Shown here: positions 1 to 11,278 of the stretch, in pieces
How the letters are laid out: each line of letters starts with the position of its first letter
Position numbering within the stretch: the first letter of the stretch is position 1
Source of the DNA: Eledone cirrhosa
Taxonomy: Eukaryota
DNA: 64,000 nucleotides
Assembly (NCBI GenBank): GCA_964016885.1
Contig: OZ024741.1
Span: 323,392,001-323,456,000, forward strand
Direction of reading: 5' to 3'
Program-made: the position numbers and the translations under genes
The notes under the pieces: model-generated
The model's input: only the letters and a program-made list of their open reading frames with translations
Databases searched by the model: none
Told to the model about the DNA's origin: nothing

Positions 1-3000
1 TCGTAGCGGAACATCTAGGTCGTACCTAGATAGGTTCTTAGTTAGAATTAAGGATAAGGACTTTTAAGTTGTCCAAAAATGCGCATGGTTGGCTATTCAG
101 ACCACAAATTAGTGACCTGCATGGTCAACCTTGACAGAACTCATAGACAGGGACCCGGTTACTGGAAGCTCAACTTGTCCTTACCGGCAAGTAAGGCTTA
201 CAGGAACCGGATTAGCACTTTAGTTAAGGAGCGGTTGACGGGCGCCATCGTCAACAGCAGGTGGTGGGGATCTCTCAAAAGAGAGATTAGAGTAGTCTCT
301 ATAGAATTTAGTAAGGAGTTAGCCTCCAATAGAAATAGGAAGGAAAGGGAGTTGGTAGATAGTGTAGAAGAGGCAATTAGAAGCGGCGACGTGGCCAGAG
401 TGCTAGCGTCGAGAACGGCCCTGGGCCAGTTCTTCGACGCGAAACACGAAGGCTGCATCGTCCGAAGCAAAATACGTGCTCTGGGAAACGAGGGGACCAA
501 AGCTGTTAGCTGGGCCCGCGTGACAGAAGCCAAAAGAGGGAGCAGATCCACTATCCGGTCTTTGCGAGACCAGGATGGACGGGCGATCCTTGAACCTAAG
601 CAGATGTGCGAGGCTTTTCAAAAGCACTTTGCCGAATTGTTCGGAAGGGGCGGGGGGCCGGTTGGGGACGTGGACTTCGGTCCATACCTCGACGGCCTGC
701 CGCTCTCGGACAGGGAGGCGAAGTCCTGCGAGGAGCCGATTTCAGCCGCTGAGATAGAGGACGTGCTGAGCCAATGCGGCAAACGCAAATCCCCGGGTCT
801 CGATGGTCTTCCATACGAACTATATCTAGCTATGCCGGACTTGTTCCCCGAACTCCTCGAGGCGGTCTACTGCAACTGGCGACAGAACGGGAGAATTCCC
901 TGTGCTGTGACCAAGGGCGTAGTCACGCTAGTGAGGAAGGACGAGAACAAGGGGGACGATATAAATAATTTCAGGCCCATAACTCTGCTAAATACAGAGT
1001 TACAGATTTTGGCCAAGGTACTAGCAAAGAGGTTGGCGCTTGTCGTGGGCAACCTGGTGGGAGATGCGCAGACATGTGCTATCCCGTCCAGGTCCATCCA
1101 CGATAACCTCCACCTCATGCGATACATCATAGAGAGGGTTGGGAACGAACCCGGCTTTGGTGGGGCCCTGATCAACTTGGATCAATCTAAGGCATTCGAT
1201 AGGGTCGACCATGGTTACCTGGATGCGGTGCTAGCGGCGGCAGGCTTCGGACCCGTTTTCAGGGGCTGGATCAATGCCATGCACAGCAGCCGCATCTGCT
1301 CTAGGGTCAAGGTGAACGGCTACCTCTCGGAGCCGTTCGAAATCGCGCGGTCCATTCGACAGGGGTGCCCTCTCTCCTCCCTTCTGTATGTAGTGACTCT
1401 AGAGCCACTGCTGCGGAAGTTGGAGTTGTTGCAGGGCATCCCGTTGGAACCGGGATTGCGGAAAGCGGTGTCAGCCTACGCCGATGACGTAACAGTAATG
1501 GTGTCGACGGCCTCGGAAATCGGGGCGATCGGCACCTTACTGGAGGAGTACGAAAGGTTTACAGGGGCTAAGCTGAACCGGGACAAGTCGATCGGTCTGC
1601 AACTCGGCACGTGGAGGGGCAGATCGATGCCCTCCGATGGCGTCGTCGGGCGCTGGACGGAGGGCCCGGTGAAATTGCTCGGGGTCTGGTTCGGACCAGA
1701 CCTCCAGGTGGAGAAGAACTGGGGTGAGGTGACGAGCAGGGTGTTTGCACTGACCCAGAAGTGGGCCGAGTGCAAACTGTCCCTGAAAGGTCGGGCGGAG
1801 GTGGCGAACACTTATATAGCGTCTGTCATCTACTACCGCCTGACCGTGGTGCCTTACCCAAGGGAAACGCTCGCCAAAATGGAGCGCGCACTCTTCCAAT
1901 TCCTTTGGAAGAAGCGGGCTCCTATGGTGAGGAGATCCATCTGCTGTCAACACCCTTCGAAAGGAGGGCTGGGGATGCCGTGGCTGATGATACGTAAACA
2001 CGCATTAAGGCTACGGCACCTTCAGGTATTCCTCTCCGGTCAACCAGTGTGGGCCCCGTTTGTGAGGCGAGCCTTTCCCAGACTCGTCTCACTCACCGAG
2101 CTGCAATCCTGGGTCAAGCAAAGACCGAGAAAACTGGGCGCCTGGCACACCGAGTGTGCCCAGGCGCTCACGGCTCTCTGGCAGGCGGACCCGGCTGTCA
2201 GTGGAGAATCCACCTCGTCATTCTATAGAGGGCTGGTGGTTAGCAGGTGCGACGACGCCCTCGGAGAAGCCCTAGGCATGGAGGAAGACGAACTGGCCAA
2301 CCTGTTCGGTAGGACATTCAGCCCGGGACCCATGGATAACTTCCAGAGGTCCCTGGCCTGGCAATGCTACAGAAGGGCTCTGCCCGTTCGAGAAAGGCTC
2401 TACAGACACGGGCGCCCGGGTAGGGACCCATCGAAAAAGGTCTGTCCCAGATGCGTGTGCGACGAGGAAACCGTTGCACACGCATTGGTACACTGCTCGG
2501 GCATTGCCGATCTGTGGGGCTATGTCGAACAACTGCTGTCAAGGGTGGGACCGATCCGGTTGACCACCGAGTCTATTGTAACGATCAAGCCGCCTCCCCT
2601 CTTCAAAAACGAAGTAGAGGCGGTGTTTCTGTGCGTAATAGCCATGGCGAAAGAGGTTGTATGGTGGACGCGTCTGAAAGGACTGAGGTCAGACACCTTT
2701 CTCTCTGGCCAACAACTGGTCCGTTTCTTCCGATATCATTTCGGAAGAAGGATCAGGATGGAGAGAGAGGTGCTGCACCCCAGCCGTTTCTATGAAAGAT
2801 GGGTGAAAGTGGCGAGAATGGCCCATGTGAATGGGCCTTCACTCTACATCAGACTATAGGTGAGGAAGATGAAAGACCAAGGGAGCACCCCTTCTCTGTG
2901 CTCCTGAGGAGAAGGGTTGCACACTTTTTTCGGGGGTGTGTGCGACCCCCCAAGGCGCCTCCTCTCTATTGAGGACTTTGTTATAAATTTTATTTTTGTT

Positions 3001-3123
3001 ATATTTTATTTTATTTTTATATATTGTTATTGCCTCCTCCTTATTGAGGACGCCTTGTTTTGTAAACTCCCCCCATTGTACTTGTCCCACTTTTGATGCC
3101 CTGGTGGCAAATAAAAGAAACAT
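1..3123 (+). mobile_element. Tx1-like (L1 clade) non-LTR retrotransposon, family A; 5' part lies outside the window
   Basis: ORF2 followed by a 260-bp 3' UTR ending GCCCTGGTGGCAAATAAAAGAAA, then (TATC)n-like repeats from about 3123. Confidence 0.93.
79..2859 (+). CDS. Tx1/L1 ORF2: end of APE endonuclease, reverse transcriptase, C-terminal CCHC domain
   Basis: Motifs SDH, GPGYWKLN, KSPGLDG, FRPITLLN, DQSKAFD, QGCPLS, AYADD, GGLG and CPRC...H...C. The upstream SYLDR motif is in a different frame, implying a 1-nt frameshift near 62. Confidence 0.92.
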   Translation: MRMVGYSDHKLVTCMVNLDRTHRQGPGYWKLNLSLPASKAYRNRISTLVKERLTGAIVNSRWWGSLKREIRVVSIEFSKELASNRNRKERELVDSVEEAIRSGDVARVLASRTALGQFFDAKHEGCIVRSKIRALGNEGTKAVSWARVTEAKRGSRSTIRSLRDQDGRAILEPKQMCEAFQKHFAELFGRGGGPVGDVDFGPYLDGLPLSDREAKSCEEPISAAEIEDVLSQCGKRKSPGLDGLPYELYLAMPDLFPELLEAVYCNWRQNGRIPCAVTKGVVTLVRKDENKGDDINNFRPITLLNTELQILAKVLAKRLALVVGNLVGDAQTCAIPSRSIHDNLHLMRYIIERVGNEPGFGGALINLDQSKAFDRVDHGYLDAVLAAAGFGPVFRGWINAMHSSRICSRVKVNGYLSEPFEIARSIRQGCPLSSLLYVVTLEPLLRKLELLQGIPLEPGLRKAVSAYADDVTVMVSTASEIGAIGTLLEEYERFTGAKLNRDKSIGLQLGTWRGRSMPSDGVVGRWTEGPVKLLGVWFGPDLQVEKNWGEVTSRVFALTQKWAECKLSLKGRAEVANTYIASVIYYRLTVVPYPRETLAKMERALFQFLWKKRAPMVRRSICCQHPSKGGLGMPWLMIRKHALRLRHLQVFLSGQPVWAPFVRRAFPRLVSLTELQSWVKQRPRKLGAWHTECAQALTALWQADPAVSGESTSSFYRGLVVSRCDDALGEALGMEEDELANLFGRTFSPGPMDNFQRSLAWQCYRRALPVRERLYRHGRPGRDPSKKVCPRCVCDEETVAHALVHCSGIADLWGYVEQLLSRVGPIRLTTESIVTIKPPPLFKNEVEAVFLCVIAMAKEVVWWTRLKGLRSDTFLSGQQLVRFFRYHFGRRIRMEREVLHPSRFYERWVKVARMAHVNGPSLYIRL

Positions 3124-3625
3124 ATCTATCTATCCATCTACCTATCTATCTATTTATCCATCCATCTAGATAGGAATATAGAGAAACATATCTATTGGCT
3201 TTAACCTAGTGAAGCCAATAGGCGATATAGCCAAGACACACAGCTAGAGCTCTCGAAGCGAGCAGGGCTTTAGCCCACCGAAGCCTACTTCTAACATTCT
3301 AACTTCTAGAAAAACGAGAAGCAAAATTCTTCTTTCGGGAGCAATCTTTGCCAATTAATATTAGCAGTTATACAATTATATAACCAGCATTTGTACCATT
3401 AAATCACCGAGATTGTTCGGTATTTTAAACATTTAAAAAAAAATTTATGTTGCAAATATTAACCTTTGGAATCTTTATGGTCTTACCTATTTTACACTTA
3501 CGTTTTGATTTGCTGAAGTATTTTACATCGTTCGATACTGGGTTCGGTTATTCTATCAATTATTAAAGAGTAAAATGCAATTTTATTTATTTAATTGTAT
3601 TCATTTTTATCTGTACAAATAACTA

Positions 3626-3628
<3 letters not shown>

Positions 3629-3688
<60 letters not shown>

Positions 3689-3727
3689 TCTCTCTCTCTC
3701 TCTCCCTGTATATATATATATATGTAT

Positions 3728-3775
<48 letters not shown>

Positions 3776-4127
3776 ATGTATATATATATTTATATATATA
3801 ATATATATATATGTGCAAAAGGTTAAGTTAGTCCGAAGAAAACTCGATGCAGAACAGAGTGTATATAAGAACAAAGTAGAGGTGATACATATGAGATTTA
3901 TTGCTTAACCCAGTTACAAATGTTTCCCAGGCAGCCGGCTCGTGATCTGGGGTCATCATCCCAGACTAGACTCCAAGATAAATAAATAAATAGGCGTAAG
4001 ACCAACAATTTTGGGAGAGGGGAAAGTCGATGAAATCTAGGTATATTTTATATTTATGATAGCACAAAAAAGTATAACCGCATATGCCGGCATATAAGTC
4101 GATCCGACGCAGAGGTCGACCCCTAAA

Positions 4128-4200
<73 letters not shown>
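3629..4200. repeat. (CT)n, (GT)n, (TA)n and (CA)n microsatellites with short interspersed fragments
   Basis: Read directly from the sequence. Confidence 0.95.
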
Positions 4201-4206
<6 letters not shown>

Positions 4207-4483
4207 CACATATATATATATATGCATGCCTACACATGCATATATCTATATTTGTATATATATGTGTGCTTGTGTGTATTTGTTAGTGTGTAAATTCATG
4301 CATTCAAATATATATACACATACACACACCTGCATATATGAAGGCAGGTCGCTATGTGCACACACATATGTGCACACACACACATACACACACCTGCATG
4401 TATGAAGGCAGGTCTCTATGTGCACACACACACATATATATATATGCATACATACACACATACTTATATATATATATATATAT

Positions 4484-4534
4484 GAACTGCACGGATGAAG
4501 GGTAATCACCCAGAAACATTAGTGTCTGCAGTTC
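4484..4534 (+). ncRNA. Type I hammerhead ribozyme motif, core variant CGGATGA
   Basis: Stem I GAACTGCA/TGCAGTTC (8 bp), core CGGATGA, stem II GGGT-AATC-ACCC, GAAA, near-palindromic stem III CATTAGTG, cleavage triplet GTC; starts a ~200-bp insert in (TA)n. Confidence 0.75.
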
Positions 4535-4701
4535 TGTTTACATGCCAACACAAGATCAACAATGAGGGGCTCATTCTACTGACATGGCTTAAAAGAGGCT
4601 GTTTGCAAACGAATGGAATATTATTATTAATATTAAAAAACTCAGATTACATTTATTGTATTCAGCCGATAACTTTTTGTTATATATATATAAATATATA
4701 T

Positions 4702-4829
<128 letters not shown>

Positions 4830-4867
4830 ATATATATACATACATATACATATATTACATATATATG

Positions 4868-4909
<42 letters not shown>

Positions 4910-4975
4910 GAGAAGAAAGAAGAATACTGCGTGGTTTGCACATGGGTTACATATGATAAAAATAGTCCTTCGTCA

Positions 4976-5055
<80 letters not shown>

Positions 5056-5096
5056 CGAAACATAAATCAATTGCATGAACTCATAATCCTTTATTT

Positions 5097-5152
5097 ACTG
5101 CTATATATATTTCGATGATAGCCATTGAATGGCTATGACCTCATCAGGCAGT
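5097..5152 (-). ncRNA. Type I hammerhead ribozyme with intact core
   Basis: Minus strand reads ACTGC-CTGATGA-[GGTCATAGCCATTCAATGGCTATCATC]-GAAA-TATATA-TA-GCAGT. Confidence 0.85.
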
Positions 5153-5272
5153 TAGTCAGTTCTTAGATATGCCAGCTCTGTGTTTATAATGTTGATGGTA
5201 TCAGAGCCTTGGGACATATATATTATATATAAACACTATAAACACAGAGCTGGCATATCTAAGAACTGACTA

Positions 5273-5327
5273 ACTGCCTGATGAGGTCATAGCCATTCAA
5301 TGGCTATCATCAAATATATATAGCAGT
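5273..5327 (+). ncRNA. Hammerhead ribozyme, inverted copy of 5097-5152 with the G of GAAA lost
   Basis: ACTGC-CTGATGA-...CATC-AAA-TATATATA-GCAGT. Confidence 0.7.
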
Positions 5328-5417
5328 AAATAAAGGATTATGAGTTCATGCAATTGACTTATGTTTCGTCACTATTATAACTCCGGAACTTATATCTTCG
5401 TTGAGTGCTCTCTATCC

Positions 5418-5463
<46 letters not shown>

Positions 5464-6131
5464 GCATAAATTCAGGCTGTTCAGTTTGTTTACAAACGAA
5501 CAAAGCGACGTTATAATAAGCGCCGCTAAACTGATACGTGCATATATGTATGTGTACCTGTATGCATATGTATGTATATATGTATATATATATATATATA
5601 TGTGCATGCTACTGTACGTCTGTATACATATATGTATGTACGTATACATGCATACTTACATTTAAGTAAGTGCCATACTAAGAGTGAGAAATGAAATTTC
5701 GTTTTCATTTTGTTTCAATTTATCGTTTTCGGTATGCCTGACCGATTTAACTCACTCAATATGCAAATTAGGCTGCTCAGCCGTTAATTTTCATAAGGAA
5801 AGTATATACTTTCGAACGTTCAACTATCTGGCAGATGGGTAAACGGTGCTGATGATAGCTAACAAGCTTGAAACTAGTACATCGTTCCTGTGTCAGTGTT
5901 GAACAAAAAGGTGACGTGGTTGCCTTAACACCGTATGGCATAAATTCAGGCTGTTCAGTTTGTTTACAAACGAACAAAGCGACGTTATAATAAGCGCCGC
6001 TAAACTGATACGTGCATATATGTATGTGTACCTGTATGCATATGTATGTATATATGTATATATATATATATATGTGCATGCTACTGTACGTCTGTATACA
6101 TATATGTATGTACGTATACATGCATACTTAC

Positions 6132-6135
<4 letters not shown>
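5464..6135 (+). repeat. ~200-bp direct duplication (5464-5663 and 5938-6135) around a hammerhead-bearing segment
   Basis: GCATAAATTCAGGCTG...CATACTTACATTTA occurs twice, almost identical. Confidence 0.9.
5842..5886 (+). ncRNA. Minimal type I hammerhead ribozyme
   Basis: AACGGTG-CTGATGA-T-AGC-TAACAA-GCT-T-GAAA-CTAG-TA-CATCGTT; 7-bp stem I and palindromic stem III. Confidence 0.85.
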
Positions 6136-6227
<92 letters not shown>

Positions 6228-6621
6228 GGTAGTTAAGATGCTTCCATATATGTATGTATATATATATATGTCTAATGGTAGCTAAGATGCTTCCATAGGC
6301 GGTATGCCGGTTGAGCACTCTATGCCCCTACGGAGCAGAAAGAGGATATGCTCCGAAATCAATAGACGTATCCGAGGAACCTGCCAGTCTAGAGTCAGGT
6401 CGATCCACACATGGATCGCACCTCGAGCTGTTCGCCGGGGAAACAATTGTAACACACAATAAATTGAGTTCCGATGCATCACTGATTTTTCGTTTTCCAT
6501 TCTATATATATATATATACAGACAAACACATGTTATGTATAGTTGTATATTTGAGTTGTTCTGTATCTTTAAATGACAATACAAGCAGCTACAACTACTA
6601 CTACGGCATCAGCGTCATCAC

Positions 6622-6674
<53 letters not shown>

Positions 6675-6947
6675 CCACTACCACCACCAACAACAACATC
6701 AAAATTATCAACATCAACAAGAACGCATCTAACACTGGCATTTAAAATATACACATTTCTATAAAATATCCCTTAAAAGACGTTATTTCACCTTTGAAAT
6801 ATAAATACTTTTTGCGGAATTTTTGTTCAGGTTTTGCAGAGCATAGTATGACAAGACAATCTGGAAGTGATGTATGTATGTATGTATGTATGTATGTATG
6901 TATGTATGTATGTATGTATGTATGTATGTATGTATGTATGTATGTAT

Positions 6948-7557
6948 GTTTTGTTTTTAGTCCTGCAGGATGTCCAAAGTCACCCTCCTCACCAAGAAAC
7001 CTTGGTGGGGTTGCCAGTTTAGTCGCCAACGACCCGACCATGGGACAGGTTGTACTGGAATACATGTTACCAGTAGCACAAACTGGTGACCTGACATACA
7101 AAGGGAAAAGGAGCTCTTAAGATTCAATGGCCATCCAAAAATCACCGGGAGAGATGACCCCCTTAGCCTTTGTCAAGGCAGAATTCTAGGAGAAGGAAAA
7201 CTCTGATATAACACCTGCAACTCTAATGGTATCCAATGATGTTGACTTGTTCTTCTTTTTGGTAAATATCATCTTGGTTAAGAGAGTGGGACTGGCTTTG
7301 TGCAGTGCCTTTGCTCACTATAAAAGCTTCACGGCACAGGCATTGCTTTATATCTGGAGATCTCTCTGCACTTGTCGTCACATGGTACCATGGGCCCAGC
7401 ACTATGTGTCAATAATTATCACAAGTGTAGTGTTTGTACCAGAGTTTTCAAGTAGCTGGCTGGACTAAAAAGTCACACTCGTTCAGCGCATCGGTAAGGG
7501 TTCTCCTACATGGATATAAAGTAGCGGCCGTACTCGAAAACGAGTTGGCAGCCACCA
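6948..7557 (+). mobile_element. Non-autonomous bipartite RTE derivative, copy 1, with the 5' ~150 bp inverted
   Basis: RTE-type 5' UTR motif CTAGGAGAAGGAAAACTCTGA, remnant C2H2 finger, CTCG-AAAA-CGAG hairpin and (ATGT)n tail; 6948-7100 is the reverse complement of ~7640-7789. Confidence 0.75.
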
Positions 7558-7643
7558 TGTATGTATGTATGTATGTATGTATGAATGTATGTATGTATGT
7601 ATGTATGTATGTATGTATGTATGTATGTATGTATGTATGTATG

Positions 7644-8251
7644 TCAGGTCACCAGTTGGTGCTACTGGTAACATGTATCCCAGTACAACCTGTCTCATGG
7701 TCGGGTCGTTGGCGACTAAACTGGCAACCCCACCAAGGTTTCTTGGTGAGGAGGGTGACTGGACATCCTGCAGGAGTAAAAACAAAACCTGTCAAAAGGG
7801 AAAAGGAACTCTTAAGAGTCAATGGCCATCCAAAATCACCGGGAGAGATGACTCCTTAGCTTTTGTCAAGGCAGAATTCTAGGAGAAGGAAAACTCTGAT
7901 ATAACACCTGCAACCCTGATGATATCCAATGATGTTGACTTGTTCTTCTTTTTGCTAAATATCATCTTGGTTAAGAGAGTGGGACTGGCTTTGTGCAGTG
8001 CCTTTGCTCACTATAAAAGCTTCACGGCACAGGCATTGCTTTATATCTGGAGATCTCTCTGCACTTGTCATCACATGGTACCATGGGCCCAGCACTATGT
8101 GTCAATAATTGTCACAAGTGTAGTGTTTGTACCAGAGTTTTCAAGTAGCTGGCTGGACTAAAATGTCACACTCGTTTCAGCGTATCGATAGGGGTTCTCC
8201 TACATGGATATAAAGTAGTGGCTGTACTCGAAAACGAGTTGGCAGCCACCA
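7644..8251 (+). mobile_element. Non-autonomous bipartite RTE derivative, copy 2 (colinear, ~610 bp)
   Basis: Highly similar to copy 1; (TATG)n on both flanks. Confidence 0.8.
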
Positions 8252-8322
8252 TGTATGTATGTATGTATGTATGTATGTATGTATGTATGTATGTATGTAT
8301 GTATGTATGTATGTATGTATGT

Positions 8323-9350
8323 ATATTCTTCTGGTTTTATAATTTCACAAATTTTTTCCAAATATAGAGAGAGTCGGTTTCTAACATAGACACAAGACTC
8401 TCTCATTGGAATTTACACAACATCAACTAGGTAGATTATGTATGCATGTGTAGATATGGATGTTATTGTATGTGTGGATGTGTATGTTTTGAGTTGTATG
8501 TGTGCATCTGTATATGCTTTGTATCTGTACATGTGTATATGCAGTTATTAGATGCAACATTTTTGGAATGTTTTACATATTTTTACTGTTCCATTAATGG
8601 ATTGTACTTGTAATTTCCTAATTAGTTGTGTTCTTTCTGTTCCTGTGAAGCCTAGCTTCTCAAGATTTGCATTGAGGCAGTTACTAACATACCCCAGTGC
8701 CCCAATAATCACAGGCATAAATCTGAAGGTGTAATCAGGGTGGTGTATCTGCAGATTTCTCATCAGTTCTGCATAAATATTCTCCTTTTCGCTAATTTTT
8801 GATATTATATTGGCATCTGCTGGACAGCTAATTTCCACTACTGTGCATGCTTTCTTCTCCCTGTCCCATATAATATCTGGTCTGTTATGCCTGCATTTTA
8901 TTGGGGTTTTTACTGGAACATTCCACCAGTACTCTTTCATATTATGTACATGGATGTCTTCCACATTGCCGTAGCTTTTAATGTGTTTATTATGGGGGCT
9001 ATCCTTTTTACTGCATTGTACAGTGTTTTGGTCACTACATCATGCCTCATAGGTAGATAGTACCGCGATGACATCTTTGGACAGCTGCTGATGACATGGG
9101 TGATATCCTCGATGTTAGTTCTGCAGAGTCTGCACTTGTTATCACATCTAGGTGTTTTGCCTGCATCCCTATCTCTTTTGTGAATCAGGTATTTCGTGTG
9201 AATCTCCTGTTCTTGGATTGCAAAAGCGTATCCTTCAAAGTGGGAGCCAATATAGCGGTTGTTGGTCCAAGATAGACTACTTTCCTTATCTATATTACTC
9301 TCACTCTGGAGCTTCCTGGTAACATATCCATGCATGATTTTTTGCTGATA
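8323..9350 (-). mobile_element. 5'-truncated R4/Dong-like non-LTR retrotransposon (CCHC finger plus restriction-like endonuclease)
   Basis: ORF pieces 8937-9335 and 8548-8964 contain EGYAFAIQEQEI, CRLC...H...C, RHD, HNRPDI, VEISCP and PVIIGALG; both ends abut (TATG)n. Confidence 0.85.
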
Positions 9351-9439
9351 TGTATGTATATATGTACGTATGTATGTATCATGTATGTATATATATGTAT
9401 GTATATCTATGTATGTACGTATGTATGTATGTATGTATG

Positions 9440-10506
9440 TTTTCTCTTTCTCTTAATTTCGAGTATATTTTTTTGACCGGCCACCTTCCTGGTGGCAAGG
9501 TTGTAAAAGAAAAGAAATTGTCATCCCTTGAATCGCAAGAATGTTTTGCAAATTTTGAAGGTGCCAGCTATCGCAGCCATTTGTAGACTATGAATTAGGG
9601 AGCTGCGCTTTTTGTCCGCAAATTCAAGTTCAGTCATACTTTGGTCCAAGCGGGTTGGTATATAACCCGTAGCACCAATAATGATGGGTATGAAGCTAAA
9701 GGTGTATCTTGGATACTGGATTTGTAAACTCCTCATCAATAGTCCGTAGATGTCCTCCTTCTCCTGTATTTTTCTGACAACGTTTACATCAAGTGGGCAG
9801 CTGATCTCCACAACAGAACACGTTTTCAATGTGTGGTCCCAAACTACAATATCAGGCCGGTTGTGCTTTAATTTGGTGGCAGTTTTTATTTTCAGGTTCC
9901 ACCAGTATTCCTTAGTGCCATCTGTCTCAATATATTCTTCCTCGTTTGTTGTTAATTTTGTTTTCCGAAGTGCGTTCCAGATGGTTCTAGCTATCCCATC
10001 GTGTCTCATGGGGAGGTAGTAGCGAGATGACATTCTTTCGCAGCTGGCAACAATGTGGCTTACATCCTCGATCTTTGTTTTACATAGCCTACATTTATTG
10101 TCAGCTGCTGGCCCTCCTCTTTTGTGCAGCAGATATTTGGTAGGGAGTTCTTGTTCCTGTATTGCATAGAGATATCCCTCAAGGTGTGATGTCATAAACT
10201 TGTCGGAACTCCATGCCAGGCTTTTTGAGTGGTTTATCCCCTCTATGGTCTGTGTTTTACGCCTCAAGTATCCATGCACAACTTTCTCTGTAAATTGGTC
10301 AATTTTTTTTTCTTGTTTGAACATTGAATAGGATCTTCCGATTTCTCTGGGTGAGAGATTTATATCAGGCTTTATTCCATATCTCTCCTCCAGATCAGTC
10401 GCTATTCTAATGATATTTCTTTTTTCATGCTCATAAACCTGAGCAAGATGGTCGCCAACCTTTTTCCTCTGTTGAAGGTGTTGCTTCAGTGTTACTATCC
10501 GGGTCG
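9440..10506 (-). mobile_element. Second, diverged 5'-truncated R4/Dong-like element (ORF 9521-10324)
   Basis: EGYLYAIQEQEL, CRLC...H...C, RHD, HNRPDIVVWD, VEISCP and PIIIGATG; the 3' end runs into (CATA)n. Confidence 0.87.
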
Positions 10507-10590
10507 TATGTATGTATGTATGTATGTATGTATGTATGTATGTATGTATGTATGTATGTATGTATGTATGTATGTATGTATGTATGTATG

Positions 10591-10861
10591 TGGGACTGGC
10601 TTTGTGCAGTGCCTTTGCTCACTATCAAAGCTTCACGGCACAGGCATTGCTTTATATCTGGAGATCTTTCTGCACTTGTCGTCACATGGTACCATGGGCC
10701 CAGCATTATGTGTCAATAATTGTCTCAAGTGTAGTGTTTGTACCAGAGTTTTCAAGTCGCTGGCTGGACTAAAATGTCACACAAGTTCAGCGCATCGGTA
10801 GGGGTTCTCCTACATGGATATAAAGTAGTGGCCGTACTCGAAACCGAGTTGGCAGCCACCA
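10591..10861 (+). mobile_element. RTE derivative, copy 3 (3' 270 bp only)
   Basis: Encodes CSVCTRVFKSLAGLKCHTSSAHR-stop; same 3' hairpin and tail; lies within (TATG)n. Confidence 0.8.
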
Positions 10862-11208
10862 TGTATGTATGTATGTATGTATGTATGTATGTATGTATGT
10901 ATGTATGTATGTATGTATGTATGTATGTATGTATGTATGTATGTATGTATGTATGTATGAATGTTTGTATCATATATGCATATATATATGTATGTATGTA
11001 TCATGTATGTATATATATGTATGTATGATGTATGTATGTACGTTTGTATGCATGTATGATGTATGTATATATATATGTATGTATGTATGTATGATATATG
11101 TATGTATATGTATATGTACGTATGCATGTATGTATGCATATATGTAAGTATGTATGTATGTAATGTATGTATGTATGCATGTATGTATGTATGTATGATG
11201 TATGTATG

Positions 11209-11278
<70 letters not shown>

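Larger units (their letters stand above)
5051..5420. mobile_element. Penelope-like pseudo-LTR with inverted duplication (arms about 5051-5188 and 5238-5372), inserted in (TA)n
   Basis: ~135-bp inverted repeat with a hammerhead in each arm; (TA)n on both flanks. Confidence 0.75.

Noticed and set aside
3908-3972. Hammerhead-like GAAA-CATTTG-TA on the minus strand (similar motif at 6430-6455)
   Set aside because: No intact CTGANGA core in register; possibly decayed relatives but not supportable
4905-4980. CTGACGA core on the minus strand
   Set aside because: No matching GAAA or stems downstream
7644-7735. HDV-like ribozyme in the RTE-derived 5' region
   Set aside because: P2- and P4-like helices are visible but I could not build P1, P3 and P1.1 consistently
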